A DNA stretch of 64,000 nt, taken from NCBI RefSeq assembly GCF_964204645.1, contig NC_134025.1, positions 24,842,299 to 24,906,298 of the forward strand. The letters are read 5' to 3'. The translations under genes and the position numbers were made by a program. The first letter of the stretch is position 1. The number at the start of each line of letters is the position of its first letter. The notes beneath the pieces were generated by a model that saw only the letters and a program-made list of their open reading frames with translations, made no database searches and was not told the origin of the DNA. This stretch comes from Tubulanus polymorphus (lineage: Eukaryota; Animalia; Nemertea). Below, one piece after another: positions 14,359-27,417 of the stretch.

Positions 14359-17300
14359 GTTCAAGACGGTCTCCTCTTAATATTCAGAGAGATGTAATAG
14401 CATAAATCCTGCCATATAGCCGTATTCTAACTGAATGCATGGCATGTTATGAATTATAAAATAAATCAATTACATTCAGGACCGTTCTAGGGATAGACAG
14501 CGAAAACATCTGTTGTGCTGCTTTTCGTTTTTCACCACGCGTACAATTTGCGAAATATGATTAAAAAATTTTTTTCATGGCGGTATTTTTCAACTTATAC
14601 ATTGATAATTTCATTCCAATTTTTCAATATTTCAAATTTACGCAGGTATACTTAGATTACAGAAATACGTAGGCAATATTTGAATTCATAATTTTAGATA
14701 AAACCCACCCACACAACACATATATTAATTTTTGACAGGGATTTTCAAACTAAACCATTAACTGAGTTCGCCTCTAACTAAAATCGGCTGATGTAAATTC
14801 TGCCACATGTACAAAACGAATGAGTCATCGTTTTGACAACAACACAACGCACATGCGCGACTAAAAATAATGATAAATCGATAGAGACCTTGATTAAAAC
14901 CGTCCCATTAATCTCAATACGCGCCAGATGACATCGAGCTAGCAGCGCGAATTAGAATTCGGAACATTGAGGAATAGAGAACTAATCTCGTAATCAAATC
15001 GATTATACATGTAACGTATTCATTACCTTAGTAAGACTACTGCGCAATCGACTGCCCTTTTCAAATCGTAAACTGGGCATGCTTTTTGATTTGAAAACAC
15101 CCTTCAAATTAGATCCATTCTCGGCCATTGCGTCGATGGATTTTACGTATGTGGTTAAGTAGCTCTAGTCAAACTTTGACATGTCCTTGAATCTCTATAT
15201 TGTTGTGGCCGTCATCGTAATAAGATGCATGGTTCCATGTATCAGTCTCAGGCAGATCAATATTTATCATATAATCCAAGGCACAGTAGAAGAAGTAAAC
15301 TAAGTATTTGTATTGTTATCCGGCTACATCGTCGAATTCCCCTGGTAACACGTGTTAGCTAATTTGCACTGATAATAATCGGCAGAAAATTTCGAACTAT
15401 CACATCTCCAATAACAATCCTCATCGTTCGCTTGCTACACAATTCAAAACAGTATCACAACATTCTCAAATTGCAGTCCACACTAAATAGAAATAGTTCG
15501 AGTACAAACATATAGTTAGGAATGCAAGTTCATCAACGACGCTACCAATCAATACGCAGATAAATGAGTACAATTAGTTCCATAAATATTTAAAGTTTCC
15601 AGCTTCAGTTGATATTCATGATTCAGTATATCCTAAAATAGTCTCCACAGTCGCATACTAACTATTACACAGAAGACTAGCTATTTCAATGACATGTTTG
15701 TTATAGCTGATATATCGACGAGATGCCCGCAACTGCCGCGGCAATTTATCCCCGAGTGATATTTCGGTTATACTCAGCTGCACACAGCTTCAAAATCCAA
15801 CTGAATCCAGTCAATATTCCCACATACACCACTGTGACACTGTGACAGCGTCACTGCAGATACCCTCATCTATGCATACGACAAGCCCTACCTAATATAC
15901 TCCTACATTATTCCAGGTAAACGGCATTCCATAACACAAGCGCACAATACACTTCTCAATACTTCAGGTTGACATATAAGTCCAACTCTCACTTTCGTTT
16001 AACCCAATTTCATTTCAAACCTGAATATCCGATCACAAAATATCTTTGATGTTAAATAACATTAGTTGTTGTAAGTCGATGAAATCAATCCTGCTTAAAT
16101 CTGAACGGAAATATTGAGGTGTTAGTTCTATGAACGGTATTGCCGTGGATCACTGACACTGGTCCGTCATTCTAGTAGCATGCATTGAATGTTTATAATA
16201 GATTCCATTCCATGAGTGTGAAGTAACTGCATATGATTAATTAAGAATACGATTTAGCCTACGTACAACAACCGGGAACTTCTAGGAATAACTATTCAGT
16301 AACATTTCAATTAGTACGCATACTTACGGTGTGATAAACTTTTCCCCACAGTTTGTTAAAACACAAATATCCCCTGAGGAGGCTTTGTCAATTTCCTGAA
16401 TAAACTTTAAAGTATGTTGCGCCAAGCAGGAAATATGAGTCAAATGGGGCAGGAGAAAGTTCATTTTAATGCCGAATGAGATTCGGTTACAGGTCAAAGA
16501 ATAAGGCCGTGAGTCAGACTAACTGCAATTATATATGATTTAATGCACGATCAGTAACCTTTCGAAATTGCCTACAAACTATACGTATTAGGCCTAGGGT
16601 AGGTAGGCCCTATGGCTTATAACAGCATCATTTCTTCAGCCGACTATAAGAATCGAATTTATCTTGGTTTAAATCATAGGTTGGTTATAATAATATTATA
16701 ATTCTGGCCCAATGTGGCTATAGGGTCTACCACGAAGATTGAATTGTTTGATTGACTGTGCATAAGCTACAAGTGACCGTCCACCACATTGAGATTCTAA
16801 ACCCACCAAGTAGACCACTTTAAGTGAGTGGTCATGGCGGAGAGATCATAATCCATTATACAGGCACGTTGGAAGCATTTTTGATTGCCAGACCGATTGC
16901 CGATTTTTGACAGTATCTAATCTTCTGCGGCGAATTTACTTCAATTCCGTAAAAAAAACAGCAGAAAGGAACATTCTGTAAAAATAATTGCTGTGGGCGT
17001 GGCCTTTTTGCCACGTCGCTACAGTTCCAACACCACCACGTTATCAACATGCCTATGGAATGGCATCAGTGCAGCCACACAACAGGTCGTTATTCAAATA
17101 TTTCGTATTCTTAGCCGGAGTCTCAGGACAGAGTCAGAGAGGAGATCGGATATGGATGGAATGGAGACTGGAGTGACTGACTGCGGTCCCATGATATGGT
17201 TACCTAACTTGGGATTGATTCTTACGGATTTGTTTTACAATAAGAACCGGCCGGGTAGAGATTGACTGGAGAATCTTTTCAGCACAGCATAAGTTGTTTT

Positions 17301-17689
17301 TCTAATTCTAGTTCGATCTTGGCTTGTTATGTTAAATTGTGAGGCACTGTGCTAACGACTCCACAATCAATGACAACCGAATTTTTACCTTTCGTGTTCG
17401 AATCCCAGATTTATTTTTCACACGCCTGAGTAGTCATGCGAATCAACAACCTCGAACTTATCATATTAACGATGGAATTCACTACATAATTCTTTTAAGG
17501 CCTTTAAATTAATTTGATAATCAAAAAGTTAAGTTTAATAATTTTCAGTATTAACAACGTAAGGTCTTAAATTGACGTGAGGGAGATCATACGCCATCTA
17601 ACGGAATCTCACAGCTCTTCAAATTCATCGATTCATTCTTGTGCAATTTTCTCGTCTCACTTCAATCTGTCTCTATCGTTTTTGACAAA

Positions 17690-20600
17690 ATGTCGACGTC
17701 ATCTCTCGTTCTCCGCATTGTGTCGGCTTCGGTCGCTATTTCACACCGAGCTGGTAAAATTATCAGAGATGTCATGAGCAAAGGGCAGCTGGGTATCGTA
17801 GAAAAGGTGAGTAAAATATGAAAGACGAATCTCATCTGTCAAGTCTAATTCAAAAATAATTTATTCATCTCCGTTTCTGCTATCACTTGACTTCATTTAT
17901 TCATTGTAAACGTATGAGCTATACATATACAAAAACTCAAGATTTTTTCATTGGTCAAAAATCAATTTTTTTACATTGTATTTGTACCCAATCAAGATAT
18001 GCCATTTTTTATTTTTCAAGTTTATTGGCCTACATTTTTGCACAGGGATTTGTCACAGGGTTTTTTTTTTTATTATACAGGGATACTGGAGTTGGTCATT
18101 GATACTGGTTTTATTCATTTACTATCAATTGTGACAAGTCCCTGTGCATATTTGTGTATTTTTCATTATTTGATACTGATAATGTTTTTTTATATTTTCT
18201 AGGGTGTTAATGATGTTCAAACTGAAGCGGATAGATCTGCACAGAGATGTATAATCGCTTCACTTAATAAACAGTTCCCAGGAATGTGTGTATTTGGTGA
18301 GGAGGTAGGACTATCTTATATATTTGGATTGTCAATGTATACTACTTTGAAAATTTCCTCTGTAATCGTCAAAACCCCTGGACACAGTTCTATTACATTT
18401 GAATTAAGGAATCTGTTTATAAAATAGAAATATAGTATTCTAATTCTAACGCTGGATCCCAATTTGCATGTCTGATCAGTTCTGAAATTAATTATGATAA
18501 CACTTAAGAGTTGTTCCTTGATTAAAAATATATTGCTTGGATCATCTGTAACAAAATCTCTTCTTTGATATTCTAGCAAGACTTGGAAGGTGATGTCAAT
18601 CCAGATTGGATAGAAACGAGTCAGGATGATTCTGTTCTCACTTCATCATGTCCAGACAATTTGAAAGATGTTGCGCAGGATGATGTAAGTTGGACTAGAT
18701 TTTTGATTTTACAAAAAAGGAAGATTTACAAAGAATAGTAAATTCAAGAGGCACTAGGCCTATATGGAGACAATAATTGGGCTATATTTTCAACATAACT
18801 TGTCTGTTCTATGGTGTTTGTAGGTTGTTGTGTGGGTCGATCCTCTTGATGGAACATCGGAATATACTCAAGGTAAGGTATAATTTTATTCATGGAAATC
18901 ATTCCGTTATTGGGTCCGAGATAAATCATATCAAAATATGTGATTTAAAGTTTGGCCTACAGTATATGTGCTAAATGAATTAAGAAAATACTTTATTTTA
19001 CAGTTGATATTGTACCGGTATCCAAAAAATGATATTTTGTTCTTTCATCTCTAACTGAAAAATCATAATCTTTACTGAAGATAAATCGATGTAATACATG
19101 AATCTGGCGGTTATTAATAGATATCTTAATCATCAGTTTCACTTCTACTATAAGCAAAATCCTCATAATCTGACTGATCAAATATCTATTGAACCCTTTC
19201 TCTATCCCCATCATTCGCGACGCTAATATCAGTTCACAGCAGACGCATATTTAACATGCATCACTGAGTGAGTTATTGATCAGCTGCTGAGGCCGAGCTT
19301 CACGAGCAACGGTTTCCGACAGTTTTGATCGATGTTCGACACAAGTTTGTGCGACATCAATAATGCATTAACGTGCGATCTTCAATGATAACTTTGCAAT
19401 GATTATTTTGCCCAGTACAGATATATCGGTATTAACTTGAGTTGGTATCTTTTCATTCAAAAAACTCTGCCATTCATCCTCTGATAGTCAGGAGCTACTA
19501 AAATTTAACTCGAGGCTATAGTATTTAGGCTTACGTCCATTTTTGTCTGGGTTTATTTTCAATTTTCAACTTGAAAGAGTCAACTGTTGAACTTGGTAGT
19601 CCTCTGTTGCTTCAATTCACAAATAAATGAAACTTGATGATTGAACTGACCGTAATATGACATTATTTATTTTTTGTGTACCGGGTATGTTGAGTAAAAT
19701 TTGAAATCTGAAGAAAAAACTGACACATGATGCAATGTTTTTCATTGATAGCTTACATCAACCATATATGATTTAGAACATTATGATGGAGAGCAAAGAG
19801 AAATATATATTTCTTTCATTTTTCATGAAGTTTCTTTTGAAGAGCCATCTCTTCTAAATACATCAGTCTCATACGTTGTTTATGCTCTTTACGCGCGTAT
19901 TTCATTTCTTTACGGATTTTCATCACTTGCATTTCGTGTAGTTCGTGTTTCTGGAAGCCGTACACGTGTTTCGGCGATGAAACGATCGTCTTTTTACCGC
20001 GTTTGAAATATTGTTCCGCCGGAAACAACGATGGCTGTTTGGTAGTCGTGTATTGCAGATTTATCGGGTATGGGGTCTTCACGTGTCCTTTCGTCATTCG
20101 TTTGAATTGTTTTTCGGAGCAAACGTACGTTTGTTGTCCAGCGAAACCGGACGAAATCAAAGTCGACTGCGATATTTCGTTGTTGTTCAAATGGTCGTAC
20201 TTGATTCCTTGCGACTGATGATCATCCATCGAGTAGACAGAATTATTATCTTTTCGGTTGATGCTCGAATCGTTTGGCTGCTGTTCTGTGCAGTCTTCCA
20301 TGAATATGTCATTTTCGGTTGGTTCAAGTTTGATTCTGGATGATGATGATGATGATGATACTCCAAATACTGTTGGGAAACACGTTGCCATAGCTACCGG
20401 GATATCTGTTGCTGTGGATGTGTCAATCGTGTCTTGAACTGTAAATATACAAAACCGACTTTGTCACCTAGACGTTTGCTATTAATCATACTTTTACATG
20501 TAAATGGTTAACTGAAATATTTTGAGTACAGTTTTATGGTGATGGAACTGCTTACAAATTTTTATGAAATTCAAAAAATCCAGTTTTCTTGAAAACTATA

Positions 20601-23600
20601 AGGCAAAAATTTATTGTCTCGTTTGGTCTTAGTGCGATTGTCATTGTTGGCGTTAATGTACTTTTTGTACTTCAGATTTTTACTTCAGAATTTTTAGTAT
20701 ATTTTTTTAAGAGTTGAATTATGAACTTTTATGAACTTCAACTTTATAAGTGGGTATTTCAGTTTCAGATGACTTCGAATAATTTAGGGTTTACATCTGT
20801 AATTATTGAATGTATGCAAAAATGAGGAAAAATTCATCCGTTTTCCAGTGGGGTTAATTTAATATATGTCGAAATATATAGAATACCTTGTAATGGATTG
20901 AGTAGATCATTTACTTCATCCTGTTGTTCTGTAGATTGTTCAACTGGTGTCGATAACATTTCTAGTATTTTGCGTCCGATCGGATCGTGACCGGTCGTCG
21001 CCGATTTCTTCTCCGCCGCGTCCGCTACCGCAGGAGTGGCAGTCGGCGCTGTCTGATTCAACGAATCCAACTCGACCGCGTACAGCTTCTTCGTGCGAGT
21101 TTTCATGTTATCCCAGCATTTTTTTAATTGTTTGCTGTCTCTTGTTGTGACGAACGGTTGATTGTTATATTCGATCGTCACGAGATCCCAGGCTTGGTTT
21201 TTCTTGCGCAACGTCGAGCCATCGTTTTTTCGACATTCGAGAATCCAGCGACGTTTGTCGATCAGTTCGATGAGAATCCTTTTTTCGTGGTCGGTAAAAC
21301 TCGCCTTTTTGCCAGTGTAAACTGGAGTTGTTTGAAACAATTCCATTCAACAGGTTTTGCTTTATGATTGGAAATAGATGTACAGCGTAGAGTTGCATCT
21401 GCTATGATTCCTGTCACACAGAATTGGATAGACTGAAGGCTTCCTTCTTGACGTAGTTCATGTATTCTGTAGCGGTGTCTGAGCTATACATTGATTTTAC
21501 CGAGGCTACCTCTTGTTAAGGAGCTTTCTGTCTCGAGGGTTGCCAGGGAAATGTATCAAGCAGTTTAACCCATTCGCCATGTTGTAGATACTAAAACTTG
21601 TATGCTTCTATAATCTCTGGATGAAATCCCAGACTGAGAGGTGTAGACCTTGGCATTGTATTCATCTTACTAATTTATTTGAGTACTTGTGTATGGAATC
21701 CGCTTTTCCCCTACATCATGGTTTTAGATAAAATTCTATAACTATTTTTTTGACAAAAAATCTCTTTGCAGAATTAGAGATTACCGCTGATTTCATTTAA
21801 CAGATTAAATTTTCGATGATTTAAACATTTTTGACGGTTTGAGTATCTATTTGTTAACATAAGTACGGGCTATTTCAGGCTACATTTGAAACTAATGTTC
21901 TAAACAGCCAAAAGTTTTAAAGCAAAATGGAATTATTTGTTCACGCACGGAAGATAGAAAGCTTTAAATGCCACATATTTAGGACTTCTGAAATCATATT
22001 TTGCAGGATTGTTGGATCATGTGACAGTACTGATAGGTGTAGCAGTGAAGGGTAAAGCAGTTGGTGGAGTTATATATCAACCATTTTACAAATTCCAGAA
22101 AGAATCAGTCACTAATGCTACTGGTCGATGTATATGGGCAGTTGTTGGTTTAGGTAAGTTATTGCTATACCGGTGTTTAACTTGTCATCGTCTTTTTTGC
22201 GGGGCAGTTCTATTTCAAGAAAAAGAGCACTTTTTATCATGATATAGAGCACTTTCCTATTGCAAAGAGGACATCTTTTTTTGAAGTGCCCGGGCACCTG
22301 AATAAATCATTTCAGAATGGATTACTTTTCATTTTCCAAAAAAATTGTATCCAAATTCCGAAAAATCTTGACAAAAAATCTTCTACACTGACGTTTTGAA
22401 GAGCACTTAAATAAACATAGGGGGGTCATTCGATGCCTGGAACTTTGCCTCGGCACGGGCCTGTAGTGTACCTGGTGCATGCTTAGCGTGCGGGTAAATG
22501 CGGGCACTTCCTCGAAATTGAAATTTTTCTCATCCAGGAATGACTGATCTGATGGGACCCTGTAGATAGTATTGGGTTAATGATCAATACTGATGTATTA
22601 ATATTACGTATCATCATTACACTATATTGTGTATGTTAGTACCAGGAATAGGCTTCTGTTATAGAACCGACACTGAAGATACCCCATAGTAAATTAATCG
22701 CTCATTTTGACGTGTTATTCATTGTAGATTGCGGTGAAAAAGGTTATTTCTCATTTATGCGGATATTTCACGTCCGCGTGTATTATATTTTAACATTCTC
22801 TTTTATCGTTCCTCAAAAGATTTAGATTTCAGTTGCCATCTCATGCTTGGTCAGTTGCTTTGATAATAAAAGCGATTTCAATACTAACGCATTGTGGTTG
22901 GCTCCTGTTCAACAATTAATTAGCAAAAATTAAGTGATGAAGGATTAATGCTTCTGTCAGAAAATTTACTGTTATTCATTTAATATGCATGTGATATGAA
23001 AATTACTCTATATTTTTTGGTTCATATGCATGTCAGCTCTAAAAAAAATTTATAGCTACATGTTATGTTACTTATTTGATGTATGAATCAGTTACATCAT
23101 TAAGTGATCACGCTCTAATCTTTTTGAAAGGTTACATTACTTAAATACCAAAAATAGACAATCTGTGTGTTCACTTGAATACTCTTAAGTTTTCCAATTA
23201 AAACCAAGTTCACCATATTTTATCTTCTTCAAAAGGTAGTAATTCTGTTCTATTGCCTAATTTGCTTTGTCTGTGTTTGCAGGTGCTTTTGGATTTGAGC
23301 GGAATTCTCCACCAGAAGGACAAAACATAATCACGACCACGCGATCGCATTCAAATAAAAATGTTGTCGACTCGATTGAAGCGTGTAACCCTACGCAAGT
23401 AGTCAGGGTTGGAGGCGCTGGTCATAAGGTATTCATTCGTAAAAATCGGCTTTTGAAAAAATTGAAGTAATCAGTAGGTCTTCTGGTATTTCGATAATCT
23501 ATGAATTACTTTTCCCAGGTTCTTCTATTGATCGAAGGAAAGGTAAACGCTTACATATTCGCTAGTCCGGGATGTAAGAAGTGGGATACTTGCGCCCCGG

Positions 23601-23791
23601 AGGCCGTACTTCACGCCATCGGCGGCAAACTGACTGATGTTCACGGCAACGATATCGAATATCACAAAGAAATTCAGCATGTAAATTCAGGGGGAGTTTT
23701 GGCAACACTTGATGCTGATAAACACCAATGGTATCAGGACCGTATACCGCAACACGTCAGAGACAACCTACCAGTAATAACGTCGGTATAA
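17690..23791 (+). CDS. BPNT1: 3'(2'),5'-bisphosphate nucleotidase 1 (inositol monophosphatase superfamily)
   Basis: Seven GT-AG exons: 17690-17806, 18203-18304, 18577-18684, 18824-18872, 22007-22153, 23283-23428, 23519-23791. Motifs [44 protein letters not shown] and [21 protein letters not shown]. Confidence 0.96.
19816..21346 (-). CDS. Myb/SANT-like DNA-binding domain protein (MSANTD type, about 360 aa), nested antisense in BPNT1 intron 4
   Basis: Two exons (20887-21346, 19816-20438) join in frame across a phase-1 GT-AG intron. N-terminal [45 protein letters not shown]...[19 protein letters not shown] is a typical Myb/SANT-like trihelix domain; the C-terminus is a charged, coiled-coil-like stretch. 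Confidence 0.88.
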
Positions 23792-24961
23792 TGTAGGCCT
23801 GAAATCGAAGCAATTAATGTTAGTTAGAGGATTAGCATTTTTCAACTGTATCTAAGTCCACTCATTTTGCGTGCCTGTAAAGATCCCATTTATTATATGA
23901 AATGGGCACAAATGATGATGTTCATAATTAGCAACAAATCGTTCTAACAGCTGAAAAAATGTTCCGTTTTTTAGAACTGTGCAATGAATTAAATGTACAT
24001 GTGCTAAGTTTGCTATGGCATTTTGACTAACGTACTTTGTATGTGATGATGTATAATTTGGCAAAAAGAACATACATGTATACATGTATAGCTGAATGAA
24101 GATTGCCAGAAGTAGGCGGTACCCTGCTTTTCATTGATCGGTACAATTACTATTGTACATCTATTAACCAAGAAACCATGGCCAAAAGGCTTTAAGATTA
24201 GATTGAAGCGTATAATTTTTAAAAAGGCCTCGGCTTGAACGATTGAAGCGTGGAGTAATCATTTCAAATGATTACTCCAAGATTGAAGGCTGGTTTTCCA
24301 CTCACTGTCTTAAAGTGTCTGCTTTCTTCTATAATGATCATAAATAAGTGTCAGTCTGTTGCCATACTATGTATTGTTATTTAAAATGGTGCTTCCAACA
24401 GATTGCTCGAATATTCTGATGATAGTTAAGAATTTACTTAATAGCGCTGTATAGCAGTATATTCATTGTCTTTAATTTGATTAATTTATTAAGCGAGGTA
24501 TGTGTTGGAAATAAGGAAAATTCATGGAAAGTGATTTTAACTATATTTATAGTGAATTGCTATGTGAGACTCGTAAGCGTAGATTTTGCCATAGACAAAT
24601 TTTTGAAAAAAATATGAAATTGTTTACTGAATGAATCCCCATTCAGATTTTTAGTTATTATTATGTAAAGACGACTAAACACTAGATTTTAGATCAATTT
24701 ACATTCCATGTATCTAGAGTAAAATAAAGATAAATCAAATAGTACGCATGTTGGAGTTAAGTTATGTGCTATTGTTTTTGTGGTTTCGTGTTGAAGCAGA
24801 CTTAAATTAATTGAGAAAAATTTAGCCAATTCGTATCTCGCCGGGCCCGCAACCAAGCATTCCGTCCGGTGCTGCCCCCGTGCAGCTCCACACTTAAGCG
24901 CGCCCTGTAAATTTCTTTTTGTTTATTTTTGTTCATTATTCGCGTTATATTTTAAGAAATT

Positions 24962-27074
24962 ATGCCTAGACCGTCTCTAAAATCGGCTCAAATAAATTTC
25001 GAAAACAGGTAAGTGATAACTTAGTTATGGATAGAAACATTTTTTGGCACTTTCCTCCCGCGGCCGGACGACGTCGTCGACGATCTGGATCTGCTGGTTG
25101 GTACTGACCACCACACTATGACTAGAGTCGGACACACACACAGGCTGGGCAGGGCCACCTTCGCACTCTTTTGTAATTGCTTTATTATTTGTATACCTAT
25201 ATAACTTGTATTATCTGGTCAATAAAGCTAATCGTAATCGTTCACCGTTCGGTTATCTGAGTTAGTCGATTATAGTCGAACTAAACGAAACCGAATGTCC
25301 GTTAGTCGGAACTATATTCCGGAAATGATTCGAAAGTCGAGCGCATTCGGTTATCAGTTCCGACACGGCGACAGTCTAGTCGACTAGATACGAAAACCGA
25401 ATTTGGCCCTGCTGACAGTGACTAACTAGTAACTGCGCGCGCGGAAACTGGCGCACCAGTCACCGAGTCAGACCAGTCCACATTTTATCGATATCCCTCA
25501 TTTCTTCGTTTCGTGGGCACTTGCCACTTTTCCAGACTCAGTCCCCTGAAAAGTCAAGAAGTAACCAGTAGTCATCTTACTTACTGTAGGAGACCTTATT
25601 TACACAGGCGGCGTCACACGTATTGTTCACATGTTGTGTCCATTGGCGTCCACAAATGGCAGTCAGCAGGGTGACTAATGTCTATTTATTAATTGATGAG
25701 ACCTGTTTTTCTGGGATATTTTGCTTACTTTTTGGGGCACATACCTCATTTATGTCTTAACAGAATGCCAAAAATCGCGGACAACAACTGAATATCCGAT
25801 ATTATTCCAGTTCTGTACCAATTAGATGGATTGGCAAAAAGACTCCTTAAGTCCAGTTGAATGAGAGAGAAAATCCTCCATTTTGTGAAATTTCTTGGAT
25901 TTGAACATTGTTACCATGCCTACGCCACCCTGATTAGTTGTTGAGACCCCACAAGAAAAATAACTTCATTTCCGTAGGCATGGTGACAATGTAAAAATTC
26001 AAGAAATTTCACAAAATGGAGGATTTTCTCTCTCATTCAACTGGACTTAAGGAGTCTTTTTGCCAATCCATCTAATTGGTACAGAACTGGAATAATATCG
26101 GATATTCAGTTGTTGTCCGCGATTTTTGGCATTCTGTTAAGACATAAATGAGGTATGTATCCTAAAAAGTAAGCAAAATATCCCAGAAAAACAGCTCTCA
26201 TCAATTAATAAATAGACATTAGTCACTGTAGAAGCTCTCGGGTGCCATTACTTGATTACTCCTGATTGTAATAGGTTGCTGTCACATTTTGTCTCCAGCT
26301 CCACATACAAAATATTCATTTTGTTGAAATACTTGATTTTGTAGGTTTAGTTGTATGATTTGTTTGAGTCCTCGTCTGAGAATGGTATTTGGCTTATGTC
26401 AGCACAAGATTTGCGATGAATGTTTGTACAATCACAGTGGCTCGAGAAAGAGGGGATTAGGAAAATGCCCTTCATGTCAAATGGAAGATGCTTTTCCTAT
26501 ATCAAGGTTAGTGTAATGAAAGAAATGAGATCGAAAGACTCGAATTTTGCCCATTTAGGCCTTCCTTAATTCCTTTTATCTTAAGAGGCAGTCTGACCTG
26601 AACTTGCCAGTATATCATTATAATTACCGCTGTTATAATAGCGCTCAATTATGTACAGAATTATCCATTGTTCTATGTTTCAGACCAGACATTCCAGAAG
26701 ATAATATTGAATTACAGATCCAGCTCGGTGTGAGGGCGTGTCCTAATAGCGGTTGTTGCGTGGAAATGTGGGAATGGGAAGTGAAAGATCATTTGAGGTG
26801 AGTTTATAGAATGTCATTCAAGTAGTTCTATTTAATTGAATGTTTGATACAGAATTCTACTTAGGCTGATAGATTCCATTTGTTGCAGTTCAGGAATGTA
26901 ATTCTTGAGTCAGGTATTTTGTGTAATTGTAGGGTTTGTCCTTGTAAAGCGAACACACCGCAATCCAAAGCAACTTTGAAAAGAAAATCCAGTCAAAGTA
27001 GCAAATGTGATAAGAATTCGTTGCTAGAAAAAGATAAACCTAAAAGACGACGAAGCTCAAGAATTTTAACCTAA
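24962..27074 (+). CDS. Small RING-HC (C3HC4) + TRAF/SIAH-type zinc-finger protein, 154 aa, putative E3 ubiquitin ligase
   Basis: Exons 24962-25008, 26345-26506, 26684-26797 and 26933-27074 (all phase-2 GT-AG introns, 465 nt total) give CMIC-x11-CQHKICDEC-x14-CPSC, then CPNSGC-x11-HLRVC, then a basic tail ending KPKRRRSSRILT*. Confidence 0.82.
25671..26226. repeat. Long inverted repeat (foldback): two 254-bp arms with a 48-bp spacer, in intron 1 of the RING gene
   Basis: 25671-25924 is the reverse complement of 25973-26226, with about 8 substitutions counted by eye. The left arm is bracketed by CAGGGTGAC (25667) and GCCACCCTG (ends 25932), resembling MITE termini. Confidence 0.95.
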
Positions 27075-27091
27075 CAGTGCTCTTATATATT

Positions 27092-27417
27092 AGCCGCAAT
27101 CATACGGACATTTTTTTTACCCTTGCCACCACTGTTCATTCACACTAGACTGGTGCCAAATGGGTCCGTGTCTGTCCAGATTTAACTTGACCAAAAATAT
27201 CAGACAAGGCACGAGCCAAATTTTAGCGCGGGTCAAATTTTCCCTGCAAATGCTAGTTAGTTGGTTCTGGAACTAAGTGACTCCCTTCTCTTACCTCTGT
27301 ATCTAGCATTGTAGTGATTTACGTGTGAACGCTCTGATACGGCATGGGCCAAATTTGACTTTGGTTTGGTCCGGGAAAGTTTGACCTAGGCCAAATTGAC
27401 TTTGTGTGATCATGGCT
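27092..27417. mobile_element. Degenerate MITE-like element (possibly PIF/Harbinger type) downstream of the RING gene stop
   Basis: Imperfect terminal inverted repeats AGCCGCAATCATAC / GTGTGATCATGGCT, ATT on both flanks (possible 3-bp TSD), and internal repeated GCCAAATT motifs. Confidence 0.4.

Noticed and set aside
25150-25411. hAT-like element CAGGGCCA...TGGCCCTG with internal TTCGGTT/AACCGAA palindromes
   Set aside because: Only an 8-bp TIR match and no 8-bp TSD; probably a repeat remnant, but the boundaries are unsupported.
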